Positions 13,870-26,365 of a stretch of 64,000 bases of DNA are shown one piece after another. The stretch's first letter is position 1. The number at the start of each line of letters is the position of its first letter. The stretch covers positions 1 through 64,000 of the forward strand of contig JAQGDQ010000910.1 in the NCBI GenBank assembly GCA_030141605.1. Reading direction: 5' to 3'. The stretch comes from Tubiluchus corallicola (lineage: Eukaryota > Animalia > Priapulida). The translations under genes were made by a program, and so were the position numbers. The notes beneath the pieces were generated by a model. That model worked only from the letters and a program-made list of their open reading frames with translations. It was not told where the DNA came from and made no database searches.

Positions 13870-14545
13870 TTAACTCTCATTTTAACAATGTTTTATTTCC
13901 CGAGTTAATTCAACTGCACTTTTTTCCTTCCACCAACTCACGCAGCGTTAAAATATGACAGCCGCTAAGTGTTGAAATGTGCCGTTAGCTAACTCTCATT
14001 TTAACAATGTTTTATTTCCCGAGTTAATTCAATTGCACTTTTTTCCTTCCACCAACTCACGCAGCGTTAAAATATGACAGCCGCTAAGTGTTGAAATGTG
14101 CCGTTAGCTAACTCTCATTTTAACAATGTTTTATTTCCCGAGTTAATTCAATTGCACTTTTTTACTTCCACCAACTCACGCAGCAGACAGTCGCTAAGTG
14201 TTGAAATGAGCCATTAGCTAACTCTCATTTTAACAATGTTTTATTTCCTGAGTTAATTCAATTGCACTTTTTTACTTCCACCAACTCACGCAGCAGACAG
14301 TCGCTAAGTGTTGAAATGAGCCATTAACTAACTCTCATTTTAACAATGTTTTATTTCCTGAGTTAATTCAATTGCACTTTTTTACTTCCACCAACTCACG
14401 CAGCAGACAGTCGCTAAGTGTTGAAATGAGCCATTAACTAACTCTCATTTTAACAATGTTTTATTTCCTGAGTTAATTCAATTGCACTTTTTTACTTCCA
14501 CCAACTCACGCAGCTAAGTGTTGAAACGTGTCCATTAACTAACTC
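13870..14545. repeat. Tandem repeat, 110-119-bp unit x6
   Basis: taactctcattttaacaatgttttatttcc...gctaagtgttgaaatg repeated. Confidence 0.92.
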
Positions 14546-15121
14546 GGCTTATAGCAGACTCACCTAAGTGGACCGAGACACACCTAGCTAGCAAAGGCCA
14601 TTGTTTTGATTATGTAATCCTTTTAATGTATAAACTTACACAAAATCTTGCCTACCGAGAATCTACACGTAGTGCGTTTTTCTGTCACTGTAAACATCAT
14701 AAATTATCATAATGTTAAATCAAACATTCATTTCTCAACCAAACTGCAAATATACATAAAATTATATGTTAATTACCTCAGTTTTTGCTTAGAAACTGCT
14801 AATTTAGGATATCGAGCTGATTAAATGAATTTATTGTCTGTACCTCATTACAGACTAGTGCTGCCTGTGATCATTTACTATTTTAACATATTAAAAGGAT
14901 GGCTGACCTGATGACCTCTTGGTCAGTTTGCTCACTATTACTCACCAGTGCTGCCTATGATTATTTACTATTTTAACATATTAAAAGGATGGCTGACCTG
15001 ATGACCTTTTAGTCAGTTTGCTATCCTCTCTCCTTTTCACTTATTACTGGCAATATGGCCCTTTTACCTGTACACTATTCAACTGTTACACCCTTGTAGA
15101 CTGGAAGTGGTTACCGTACCG

Positions 15122-15343
15122 TACGTTTGTAAACTAGAGAAAAACTAAATTTCAATTCAATTCAGTTACAGTACATAGGCATCCACGAACACCAATACTC
15201 TAAGTATTTCTGCTGTAAAGTAAGGATGTATACTCACATCTAGAGATGTGTGAGACACCTATGACTGGGTTGGTGTTCATGGATACCTATGTACTGTAAC
15301 TGAATTGAATTGAAATTTAGTTTTTCTCTAGTTTACAAATGTA
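15122..15343. repeat. Inverted repeat, 74-bp arms with a 74-bp spacer
   Basis: 15122-15195 is the near-perfect reverse complement of 15270-15343. Confidence 0.9.
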
Positions 15344-15771
15344 AAGTAATTGTAGGTGAGTATTGAATCTAGCGGTCATCTATCCAACTACTGATCAGAC
15401 TCGCGATGTTACTTAACTACGGGGATACTACTCGACTATTCACGGCTGACTCAGAAGCACCTTGTGTGAGAATTTCAGACTGAACCAGAGATGCAACACG
15501 CGGACTCAAAGCCGCTTAACCGCAGTGCAAAGCACACACCGTAACTACTCGACTATTCACGGCTGACTCAGAAACACCAAGAATGAGAACTTCAGACTGA
15601 AACAGCAGATGTATCTTGTCGGCTTCAATGCGGGGGGGGGGGAAATTTACACGAGTAACAGCTGCTGGTGTGAATCATTGAGTCGGATCTACTGAGAATA
15701 TCATATGAATAGCATTCCAGAAATTGAGATGCTCTCAGAATTAGTTCACACTCGGGGGGGGGGGGCGTCAC

Positions 15772-16075
15772 AATTAAAAACAGATTTAAGAAGAAGTTGT
15801 AAAATTAATTTTGAAAAACAAAAAGAAAAACAATGAAAAATCAAAAACGATTATGTGTCAGATACGAAAACCAGAAAATCGCAGAATTAAAAACAGATTT
15901 AAGAAGAAGTTGTAAAATTAATTTTGAAAAACAAAAAGAAAAACAATGAAAAATCAAAAACGATTATTATCTAGTATGAAAACTAGAAAATCTCAGAATT
16001 TAAAACAGATTTAAGAAGAAGTTGTAAAATTAACTTTGAAAACCAAAAAGAAAAATTATGAAAAATCAAAAAAAA
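15772..16075. repeat. A-rich tandem repeat, ~115-bp unit x3
   Basis: aattaaaaacagatttaagaagaagttgtaaaatt occurs three times. Confidence 0.85.
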
Positions 16076-16283
16076 ATATGCATCTAATACAATCGAATAT
16101 CCCTAACGCCTTTTTACATTTCACTGAACGATCACACAAAAGTTTTATATACTTTCTGTAAAGGCAGGTTCACACAATTAGAAAGGTAGGTGACCAAGAA
16201 AGAACAATCAGTCGGTTATTGTTTATATCTCCCCTTCATTACAAATATCAACAATTTTATTTAATTTTCCACGTTGATTGTAC

Positions 16284-16902
16284 ATACGAAGAGTCTAAAC
16301 CTACGCTTCAAATGATACGAAGAGGCTAAACCTACGCTTCAAATGATACGAAGAGGCTAAACCTACGCTTCAAATGATACGAAGAGTCTAAACCTACGCT
16401 TCAAATGATACGAAGAGGCTAAACCTACGCTTCAAATGATACGAAGAGGCTAAACCTACGCTTCAAATGATACGAAGAGTCTAAACCTACGCTTCAAATG
16501 ATACGAAGAGGCTAAACCTACGCTTCAAATGATACGAAGAGTCTAAACCTACGCTTCAAATGATACGAAGAGTCTAAACCTACGCTTCAAATGATACGAA
16601 GAGTCTAAACCTACGCTTCAAATGATACGAAGAGGCTAAACCTACGCTTCAAATGATACGAAGAGGCTAAACCTACGCTTCAAATGAAACGAAGAGGCTA
16701 AACCTACGCTTCAAATGATACGAAGAGGCTAAACCTACGCATTCAAATGATACGAAGAGGCTAAACCTACGCTTCAAATGATACGAAGAGGCTAAACCTA
16801 CGCTTCAAATGATACGAAGAGGCTAAACCTACGCTTCAAATGATACGAAGAGGCTAAACCTACGCTTCAAATGATACGAAGAGGCTAAACTTACGCTTCA
16901 AA
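16284..16902. repeat. Minisatellite, 31-bp unit x~20
   Basis: Unit atacgaagaggctaaacctacgcttcaaatg. Confidence 0.95.
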
Positions 16903-17729
16903 TAGGCGGCTAAACGTGCCGGTAACTTACAAGTGCAGATATACAAATTTCAACTACGTCCCAGCTCAAAGCAAACGATCAACAGATCAAGAAATTGTCA
17001 AATAAATCATCACTAGTGTATATAAACAAGAACGTCAAAAATATGTATGCAAAATGCACATACGTCAAACTATCATCAACGGTTATCGAAAAGGCAGGTC
17101 ACGGCACGCGATTGTTATTTCATCACATAGGTGTATGTAAATATGTACATAGTACTATGCACATCAGGTGATTTATATCGTACGCTGATATTTATCAAAA
17201 ATTCATAACACAGAAAATTGTACTAAGCCAATTAAAGGTTAGTGCACATTATTAGCTTTAGTGATCTATTAATATGCTAATCTAGAACTCTGGTTAGAGG
17301 TTACTTGCTAGTCATTGGCCGGTCAACAAAGAGACGTTTGTCAAGTTTGCACACTTGAACACTATTAAGAATCACGTCAACCTTGAAATTCGTGTTCAAA
17401 TTTTCGCCAAAAATGTCGGTAGGCTGATATTAATTAATATGCAGGTAACTCATTAGAAATGTAGCAACGGGCCAAGTGTCACCTAGTTAACATAACACAA
17501 TATGAAACCAATCAGCTTCTTTGTTTCAACACTGAGGCTTCTGAAAATCTGCAAATTGTAATCTATGATGACAAAACTTGAGTTTTTGAAGCGATGTATC
17601 TAAAAAAAACAGCTAAGATGGAAGTACGGAAGATGAGGGGTTTACTCATTTTCAGCTTCAGATGAATTTCAGATGCAGTTTACCCATATTGCAAATTCTT
17701 ATCTGCATACAACATAAATTTGAAATCTA

Positions 17730-18246
17730 TGGCGAAATTACAGAAACATTTAGGGTATTAGATGACCAAAGAAAATTTCAAATAAGAATCTATATGCAAA
17801 AATAAAAGAAGAACCTTGGACAAGAAAAATAAAAAGACGCCGTTTAAGATGGATTGGGCACATGCTTAGACTACCTTGATGACATTCCAGTGAAGATAAC
17901 TTTTCAACAAGCCATAAAACCAGCTAAAAAACCTGTAGGAGGACAAATGTTAAACATATTTAGATTTTGCACAGAAAGATTTAAACACTTCAGCATTGAT
18001 CCTTAGAAATAAATCCACTTGGGGCATTGCAGCGAGCAGGGAGTCCTGGCATAGGGAGCTGAGCAGAATCATGTCACTGACGTATGATTCATTGCATGAT
18101 GGATGATGATGATCTGGCATAGGGAGGTTAACAGAATCATGTCCCTAGACGTATGATTCATTGGATGATGATGATGATGATCTGGCATAGGGAGGTGAGC
18201 AGAATCATGTCCCTAGACGTATGATTCATTGGATGATGGATGATGA
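17730..18246 (+). mobile_element. Second copy of the RTE fragment, with a triplicated 3' terminus and (GAT)n tails
   Basis: Aligns by eye to 4540-4900. ctggcatagggag...gattcattg plus (gat)n occurs three times from ~18047. Confidence 0.8.
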
Positions 18247-19708
18247 ACATTATTTCTAAAGATATGGAAATTCAAAACATGCTATAAATGTTACGAGTAA
18301 AAATAAACAACATACACATTGTTGTCAAAAATCAATAAAAGAACAACTAGAAGGAGTTGGGCTTTAAAATGATGCACGTGTTCATCACAAGTACTGAGGT
18401 ATTTTTGACAACATCTTCAAGCAAATCTGAGATCGTCACAAAAAACTCGGCAATTTGACACGCGATCCTCAAACCTAATTTAAAAAAAACTGTAAGGAAA
18501 ATGTGGCAATATTTGAGATATGATTTGCAAGAACAGTTTTAGAAAGTCAAAAGGCCAACAAAATTACTGTGTCCAGGTAAAAAAATGATAGTTAATAAAA
18601 TATCCAGAGAAAATGTGGAAACTATATAGATGAATATTAAATGGACATCATTTACGCGGTTACCAATTTCCAATCAACAACATAAAGTTTGCGAGTTAAT
18701 TAGACAACATCTGCCAAATTACTTGTACCACTTACTTAGACAACACAGTTTCAATAGCTTTATTGTCAAACCATGAATGATATAAATACAAAATGGCAGA
18801 GTTACTTAATGTTGATAGATGTGTGGTTATGGCAGTCTAAAAAGAGCTTATGGAACAACATTTCATAATACAGATAAACTTGTTGTAAAAATAACAACAA
18901 ACTTTTCCCAACAATGCGTTGCCTCTGTTGAAAACGCAAATAAAATTCTTGAGACGAAAAATTGTTTCTAGAAATTATAAGAATTAGTTTGGTTAGATCT
19001 CATCTAGAATACTGTGTGCAGCTTTGGTGTGACAGCAGTGAACGAACAGAATAATTTGCCTGCCACTGTGATTGCCTCACCAACCATATTAAAATTTAAA
19101 TCTTGAACTGACAATTACTTTGTGGAAAAATATTTGATTTCCATGAGTGTGCTCGTTTAACCTTTAAATCACGACAGTATAACAAGACCCACATTTAAAT
19201 GTAAATACTAATTATTATTAAAAACCAATTTTGTACTGCTTGCAAAGACCATCTATAGATGTGTTTTGAGCACATATAATCGCCAAATTGTTTTGAGAAG
19301 TAACACTGCATCTTATTAACACAATTCTCTAATGTGAACTACAAAAGCAACAAAGATATTTACATTTCATAATTAATTTTGTGTAGTCTGTATCGAGTGC
19401 AATCTTATCAGGAAAGTTAGAGAAATAAGTACATACATTAAATGTTAGTTACCATGACCAATTCCGAATTCCAAACATTTACAAGCACGTGCGTGATTAC
19501 AATAATTACGGAAGAATAATTACCGATATTTAAAAATAAATAGGCCCCCAAAAGAATGTTACACTAGTCATTACTTCCTACTCAGGACCCCAATCTTAGT
19601 ACGTCGAATTAGCCTAAAGTGGTCAAACATGGAGCGCCGTATCAATTAAATGCCAAAGCTTACCTATAGAAAAGTAATTTTTATCAACAAAATTCTCAGA
19701 AATCTTAC

Positions 19709-19774
19709 CTGAGTAGCGTTTTCGTTATTTGCAGCAGACCCTATCATAACCCTCCTGACCGCTATCGCCGCCAT
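19709..19774 (-). CDS. Candidate first coding exon of an unidentified minus-strand gene (MAAIAVRRVMIGSAANNENATQ)
   Basis: ttgATGGCGGCG start in a CpG-rich patch, 22 open codons, then the canonical donor CAG|GTAAGA. No downstream exons recognised. Confidence 0.4.
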
Positions 19775-20209
19775 CAAGCTACTGCCAAAACAACGAACAT
19801 CACGTGAGTAAACGACATCGTGGGGCGCGTTTGTTTACAGGGATTTAAATGTTCAAGTTCCCGGCTTCGCAATCAGCTGATAATTCGGTTTATTGATGTA
19901 GCTGAAACTGCTTTGCAGATGGTCATAAAAAAGCCTTAAGGCGCATATACACACGCAGTAAGCCAATTGACACACTATATATAATTATATCACTATATAA
20001 TTATACAGCCGTTACATAATTATGTATTATAATTTTAATGCAGTGCATTTATGAACAAACATCGAAAATGGTTAATGGTTTTAGCTTATTAGTAAATTAC
20101 TTTATGCAAGAAACCAAGAATAACTTCAGCTCCTACAACGCACAAAGTTAATTCTTATTACAGGCACATAAAAATTTTAATTTATAGTTAAAAACAAGAA
20201 AACTTTATT

Positions 20210-20410
20210 AAAAACTTTTACATTAAAAAGTTAAAACTTAAAATCATGTCGAACGTTTCGGACAAGCTGCTGCTGTCATCATCAGTGGTAAATTTACAAA
20301 CACACAAACTGCTTGTATGTATTTAAACGTACCACTGGGGATGACAGAGTCAACTAGTCGAAACGTTTGGCATGATTTTAACTTTTGACTTCTTAATGTA
20401 AAAGTTTTTA
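20210..20410. mobile_element. Inverted pair of decayed Penelope-type terminal sequences, each with a minimal hammerhead motif
   Basis: Minus 20249-20289: CCA-CTGATGA-TGACAG...TTGTC-CGAAACGTT. Plus 20331-20370: CCA-CTGGGGA-TGAC...GTC-GAAACGTT-TGG. The ~80-bp arms are inverted copies of each other. Confidence 0.6.
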
Positions 20411-20899
20411 GACACACAAAATTATTTTACAAAAAGGCTTAGTTATTTGACAAAGTAATTATTAGGGTAGCAAACAGGCAGCCTAAAGACTTTTCACAAT
20501 TTTATAACTTTTATCATTTTTATGTAGCCGCCTGAGCTGAAGTAAAACTGAATTGAATTGAACTGACTTATTCGTTCATAATATTAACTTCAAGGTTGTT
20601 ATTATTATTATTGATTATAGGAAATCGATACGTCTTTGCTGAAGCCAAGTTTGCTCGAACGCAAGGAAATGTGAAAAACTTAAAACAAAACCTGTATGTG
20701 TTTGACGCAGGAATCTTTTGTTTAAAAACTAATTGTGTTTAGAGATCAGATAGCAAATTTAACATTCTCTTACGCACAGCCTATTTCACGGGGGGGGGGA
20801 GGGGGTGTGTGGGAATACTTCTCCGGGGCCTCACCCTCCAGGGGGCCTCGCGCCAAGGTAACTTTTTTTTTGCTTCGTGCTAACATACTGCCTCTCCCC

Positions 20900-20900
<1 letters not shown>

Positions 20901-20990
<90 letters not shown>
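20901..20990. repeat. (CT)n microsatellite inside a GC-rich MITE-like segment (~20778-21245)
   Basis: The microsatellite is directly visible. Imperfect ends cagcctattt / aaataggtcctg and repeated gggcctc suggest a MITE. Confidence 0.7.
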
Positions 20991-22124
20991 TGCCGCACGC
21001 ACGCCGTTTGCCAGTATTGACAAGTATTAAGGACTGGTCTTAAGAATAAAGCAGTTTTTCTTTCAATTGTTCTTTTCTTTAGCAACTGTATAACTCCATA
21101 TTTTCTCTTCGAAAATGCTTCTCCGGCATTTTAGGGCATCCTAGCTGTTCAAAATTTTTCTGGGCGGCAACCGTCGTGGCGAACCCCCGAGGGGGCCTCA
21201 CACGCCCCACTTCCCCGAGCCTCGCTTAGGCTAAAATAGGTCCTGCAGTCTTACGTACATGATTATGGATTTGAACCCACAGCTGCAGCAAGTCTTTCAC
21301 TTATAATGCATGACTGTAGCAGTAAACAGATTAATTCAGATTCTAAATTAAGATAATCTAATTAATTAATTAAATTAATCTAATTATAGTTCTTAGTAAT
21401 TTCTCGAAGGTGGGAAAACCAAACCCATAAACTTGGAAATGTTGAATTGGTTGACAGTTACAATAATTTAATCAATTAGAACCTGAATGACTGCTAACAG
21501 TCCGTCACTTTATAAGCAGAAGGCATGGTTCAAATCCAGGTTGTTTTCCGACTTTTAGCATTTCTTTTTTTAGGGCAAGTTTGGTTTCTAATTCAGCAGT
21601 GTGGGTTTATTTGCATATCAGTAACTAAAGATGACAGGATTCAGACAATTGCCAAAAAAATAGAAATCTTATGACCTAAAACCACCTTAATAATAATAAT
21701 ATAGAAACTATAGAGTGTAGCGCAGCTTTTGTTAGAGGTTACAGAAAAGGGAAAAAGAAAAAACGAGATGCGAATAGAACAATTTCATGGCTGATGTTTA
21801 GCGTGGATTTTGCAGACCGCAGTGCCTGCAATCTTCAGGTGTATGATCGGAGACCCGAAGAGAGATCGGGATTGAAATCAAACTGCTTCTACAACTCTTT
21901 CAGATGACTTACTATCTTTTTTAAACATTAATTACATAAGTTATTGATTATTAATCATTATATATTAATTTGTATTAATTATGTAATTATCAATTAAATT
22001 AGTAAATCCTACTATTATGCCTTTTGAATATGAACAATGCAATGGCGTGTTCGTCGTTCAGTTGTGTCTTTTTGGATCATTTTTATTTCCGGTTTGTCTT
22101 TCAAGACAGCATTTATGTATTTGG

Positions 22125-22563
22125 TAGGGGTGAGCATTCTCTACCAGAAAGCGAATTCGAATCGAACCGAATTTGTGACTTTCGAATTCGAATCGAACCG
22201 AACTTCAGTGTTTCGAATTCGAACCGAATTCGAATTGAGATTGAATTATTTTCGAATAAGTTTTCGAACCAACTGTAAAAATTAGTCTTACAAAGATCAT
22301 GCACATCACTAGATTTTATTCTGCAATAAAACGACTAGTAATTTGTTTAAAATTCTGCACAGAAATCACAGCTAAATTATGCTAATTGCATGATGCTTTA
22401 ATGGTTTTAATGATCAGGAACATATGTGATTGAAGTGCTGAATTATTCGAATCTATAGTTTTGGATTCGAATCAAGTTCGAACTAAAAAACTCGTTCGAA
22501 TCGAATTCGAGCGTTCGAATTCGATTCTAATGTTCGAACTCGAACGTTCGATGCTCACCCCTA
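22125..22563. mobile_element. hAT-type MITE (439 bp) with TTCGAA subterminal repeats
   Basis: TIR taggggtgagcat/atgctcaccccta. Perfect 8-bp TSD gtatttgg at 22117-22124 and 22564-22571. Related fragments lie at ~27310-27342 and ~35148-35257. Confidence 0.92.
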
Positions 22564-23367
22564 GTATTTGGCTGGGTATCAGGCATTTCAGTACTATACT
22601 GCTCCAAATATACTGCTCATGATTGCAAGCAGTGAGGGGCACACATAGTTTCCTCAATTGAGGGCACAGTAGATTCTCTGTTTACTTTGGCGCAATAAAT
22701 TATTCTGTCTATTAACTATTATTCGTTGTTTTTGTATCCTCCCCTAGCAAAATGTTAACTATGTCATATCCGTCATTATTATTATTATTATTAAGTATAA
22801 TAATGGTAAAGTGTAAAAAATTGTTGCTAGTTTAATTGTGGACAAGTACCTACTGAATGATAAATTAGAAACGTTATTAAGCTCTAAGCTGTCTACTAAC
22901 CATTAACCAAAGTCTCGTTAATGTTGAAACTTGAAAATCGCAAATCTGTCGATACAGACAACTAAGTCTTTGCAAGTTCACAAATTCATAAAGTTTTTTG
23001 TGCGCGACGCATTAGCGATTTTCACACCACTTTTCGCATTATGGCTGCGTCCATGGAATTGTAAAATTTTGCTTTTAGAAACGTTTTTATACGCTTCTAC
23101 TATGTAATCGCAAGTTGTATGGAAAAACTGTCAAATGTTAAGGGACCATTTGATGCTATCTAGTGGAAATCCTTGGTTATTGAAGTTATATGGTATTTAT
23201 GTTTCTTTTATCATGTATATTTACAGATTTTTTTTGAGTACCGTTGGCTAGATTTTTTAGTAATCACAAGGTTTCATGCAATAGTGCAAAACTTTCTGTC
23301 CAGTCAATGTGGGTTTTAACTTTTAATTTAAAATCTATCTGTATAAAGTATAATTTACAGCATTACG

Positions 23368-23445
23368 TGGATGAACAATACGTAGGATTTTCTATAATTA
23401 TATAACTATATACAATTATAGAAAATCATACGTATTGCTCATCCA
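23368..23445. repeat. 78-nt near-perfect hairpin
   Basis: tggatgaacaatacgtaggattttctataatt pairs with aattatagaaaatcatacgtattgctcatcca around a very small loop. Confidence 0.85.
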
Positions 23446-24243
23446 GTCTATTAAGCGGCGTCAACTGTATATACAGTAGGCGCCGCTTAATAGACTCATT
23501 TTTGGACAGAAGTGTTTGACTCTATTTAACTGTAGTGCTAGTTGCATAGAAGTATGAATCATCAGTTTAGCATGCACTGCAACAACGGCTTTTAATGAAT
23601 TTTAAAAACGAAGTAATACCTAAATGCCTATGCAGTTATTTAAAACTATTAATTTATAAACTGAATTAATAAAAAAGAAAAGAAAAACGTTTACATTTCT
23701 AAAGCACAAAAGTCCGTTCTGTTTATTTACAAGATTAACAAAAAGTCATTGAAGGTCGGCTGATTTATTTTTTTTGCGAAGTTCACTCACAAAGTTTTCA
23801 CTTGTAAGTCACAAGGAATACTGGTACTGGTAGATTACGGTACCTGCCTCTGTGGTATAATAATAATATTTTTTTAGTATAATGGTATACTAATGTTTCC
23901 TAAATTAAACTGATAACATTAATGCCCACCAGTGTCTAAAAAATCTTTTTATCTATATTCGGTAAAGGATAGCAGACTAGGTGACTTTATAGCCTTTTCG
24001 CAATCTATCTATACATTTTAACCATTCTTCAAGACTTATTAGCGATTCTTTTATTAATCATGTTTTATTGTAGCACTATAAAGAGATAAATAAATTAAAA
24101 TTGAATTGAATATACAGCAACTGTTAACTGATTTCTGTGAAAGGCATTTAGTGTTATTGAAAAGCAAATCACTAGACAGGTGATTAAATGTTTAGCTTCG
24201 AGAAATTCGTGGGTGACAGGGTTAATTGGAGTAAACACGCAGG

Positions 24244-24826
24244 TAGGGTTACCATGCTTCCGGGTTTTCTCGGACACGTTCTCTTTTTGGGCCTCTGTCC
24301 GGGCGGGTTTTCAAAAAATTGGCAGTTTGTCCGGGTTTTGCCTCGATCTGTAAGTATGCACGGACGTTGCCAACTGCAGAGGCGTACGGCAGTACGAGAC
24401 AAAGAAAAGCTCGTTAATTTTCAATACAAGATGTTGCTAACATCTGAAAATGCAACCCTTGTAAAAGCTTTGTGTACATATTTACTGAACAAAAGCAAGC
24501 GATGCACACATCACTACGGGTCACACGACTCACACCGCTGTCGATACTCGGCGTATTCGCTAACGACTTAAAATGACATCAGCTTCCGGGAGCCATTTTG
24601 TTTGTTTTTATGTGAATTTCTTTAAATTTCTATAGTTTTGCTGTTTTGCAGTTTTGAGCGTAACTGATAAAAGTTAATTAGAAAGTAGCAATGCCAAAAC
24701 GACAGTTTGCATTTACAGATGAAATGAAGGCCGAGTACCCGTGTTTTCACGCAGGTCCATATTACTGGGAAGCCGGATGCTCGACACGTGGTCCTCTTTT
24801 TCAACTCAGACAATATGGTAACCCTA
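24244..24826. mobile_element. hAT-type MITE (583 bp)
   Basis: TIR tagggttaccat/atggtaacccta. Perfect 8-bp TSD cacgcagg at 24236-24243 and 24827-24834. Confidence 0.92.
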
Positions 24827-24842
24827 CACGCAGGTCAAAGCA

Positions 24843-24965
24843 AAACCGCTAGACTAGCATATTAGCATATGCTAAAAGTTCCTACTTAGAAACAGTCACA
24901 TCAACTCCCATTTTGTTCATAAGTAGGAACTTTTAGCATATGCTAATATGCTAGTCTAGCGGTTT
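24843..24965. repeat. Perfect inverted repeat, 46-bp arms with a 31-bp spacer
   Basis: 24843-24888 is the exact reverse complement of 24920-24965. Confidence 0.95.
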
Positions 24966-25194
24966 ATATTTATATATATTTATGTATATTTATAGAACAG
25001 AAGTGAACTAAGGTGATATAAAAGTCAAAAAAGCTTATTGGTCGTACAAAAGTGCCTTACTGAAGCATGTAATAATAATAATAATAATAATATTTATTTA
25101 AAGTCGGCTTTTGGGTCAGCAATTAACATTAGCTCAAAGAGCTATTATCGCCGACTGTAAATAACAACCTACAACTACAGAACAGAGACTATTA

Positions 25195-25335
25195 TTACCC
25201 CACTTTTACCCTAAATACCACTCGTCAGGCAGGGCAACAGCAGGTAAGTCTTTGGTATGACCCGGCCGCTGGTTCGAACTCACGACCTCCCAGACAGAAA
25301 GCAGACGCGTTACCACTAGACTAAATCGTCTGGTC
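25195..25335 (-). mobile_element. tRNA-derived SINE
   Basis: Minus strand has A box tagtctagtgg and B box gttcgaacc, followed by ggtcataccaaagact...cctgctgttgccctgcctgac. This resembles the MetaSINE core as recalled, unverified. Confidence 0.65.
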
Positions 25336-25522
25336 GTGTATGTGAAGCCAATTATGCAAAGTTATTTGAGTCTATTATTGGCAGTTTTTATGTATACATA
25401 GAAACGATCTGTACCGAGTGTTTCTGAGTCAGTTAAGTAACTGATTCTATTAACCATGAGTCTAATAAATCGTGCCTACTGTATATACATATATATAATC
25501 ATTTTGTGTATATACACACATA

Positions 25523-25580
<58 letters not shown>

Positions 25581-25874
25581 TTCGTAGTTTGTATTACTTC
25601 TAATAAAACATTTATATATTTATATATATATAAATGTTCTAATTACAAGTAATACAAATTACAAAAGCTTTGTATTCTAGTCCATGGAAACATGGCACTG
25701 TAAGAAAGCAGTTGTTATGAATATAGCGCTGAGCCTATTACTTGACATTTCACAGTCGGAACATTATCACAAACTTGGCTTCTTTAATGCCCTGCAACAC
25801 AAATCATTTAAATGGGTAGCCATTCGTTTTTTTCATCATCTGCTTCTTATGACGTATCTTACTGTTTGTCAAAC

Positions 25875-26226
25875 TGTCGTGGAGATCGCTGACGTCAAGT
25901 AGAATTGCATGGAACATTGTAGAATGTTCCGTCGGGATGACCGCCTTAGCGTCTGGATTGTTCTCGAACATTTATTCCGGAAGTTTCTACAGCGCGCTAT
26001 ATAAGGCGAAGCAGGCTGCCGACACGGGATCGCAGATCTAACACGGACTTATACTTATGCTTTTATAATTATGTAAACGTTTTCCAGATTTTCTCGTTTA
26101 TTGTAATCATTTCAAAGTTCCTTCATTTTGGTGTTCTAGAGAATTCTCGCTCAATAAAGCAATAACATTTAACAGCGTGTTTTCAGGTTTTCTCTGCGAG
26201 CCTTCCGAGAGAAACAAAACACAACA
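25875..26226 (+). mobile_element. Solo LTR (352 bp)
   Basis: TGTCGTG...CACAACA termini. 5-bp TSD caaac at 25870-25874 and 26227-26231. TATATAA at 25998 and AATAAA at 26153. Confidence 0.85.
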
Positions 26227-26365
26227 CAAACATTGAATTATCGGAAACTTTTTTTATTGTTTTTAATGTATTAATTTTGTGTTTTTGTGTTGATGTGAAT
26301 TAATGAATCTTGAATCGATCTAGAATCAGCGAATGACCTTGTTCTTTGTAGGTCTCGTGTAAACA

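Larger units (their letters stand above)
23474..25481. mobile_element. Tc1/mariner (pogo/Tigger-like) non-autonomous element with nested insertions
   Basis: TA|cagtaggcgccgcttaatagactcat ... atgagtctaataaatcgtgcctactg|TA, i.e. imperfect 26-bp TIRs with a TA TSD. Confidence 0.65.

Noticed and set aside
15185-15202. SIGV codons suggesting SNRPD3, the human head-to-head neighbour of GUCD1
   Set aside because: No ATG, and the following residues (RGC) do not match PIKVLHE.
12660-16902. Palindromic tandem repeats as CRISPR arrays
   Set aside because: No unique spacers, no cas genes, and a eukaryotic context.
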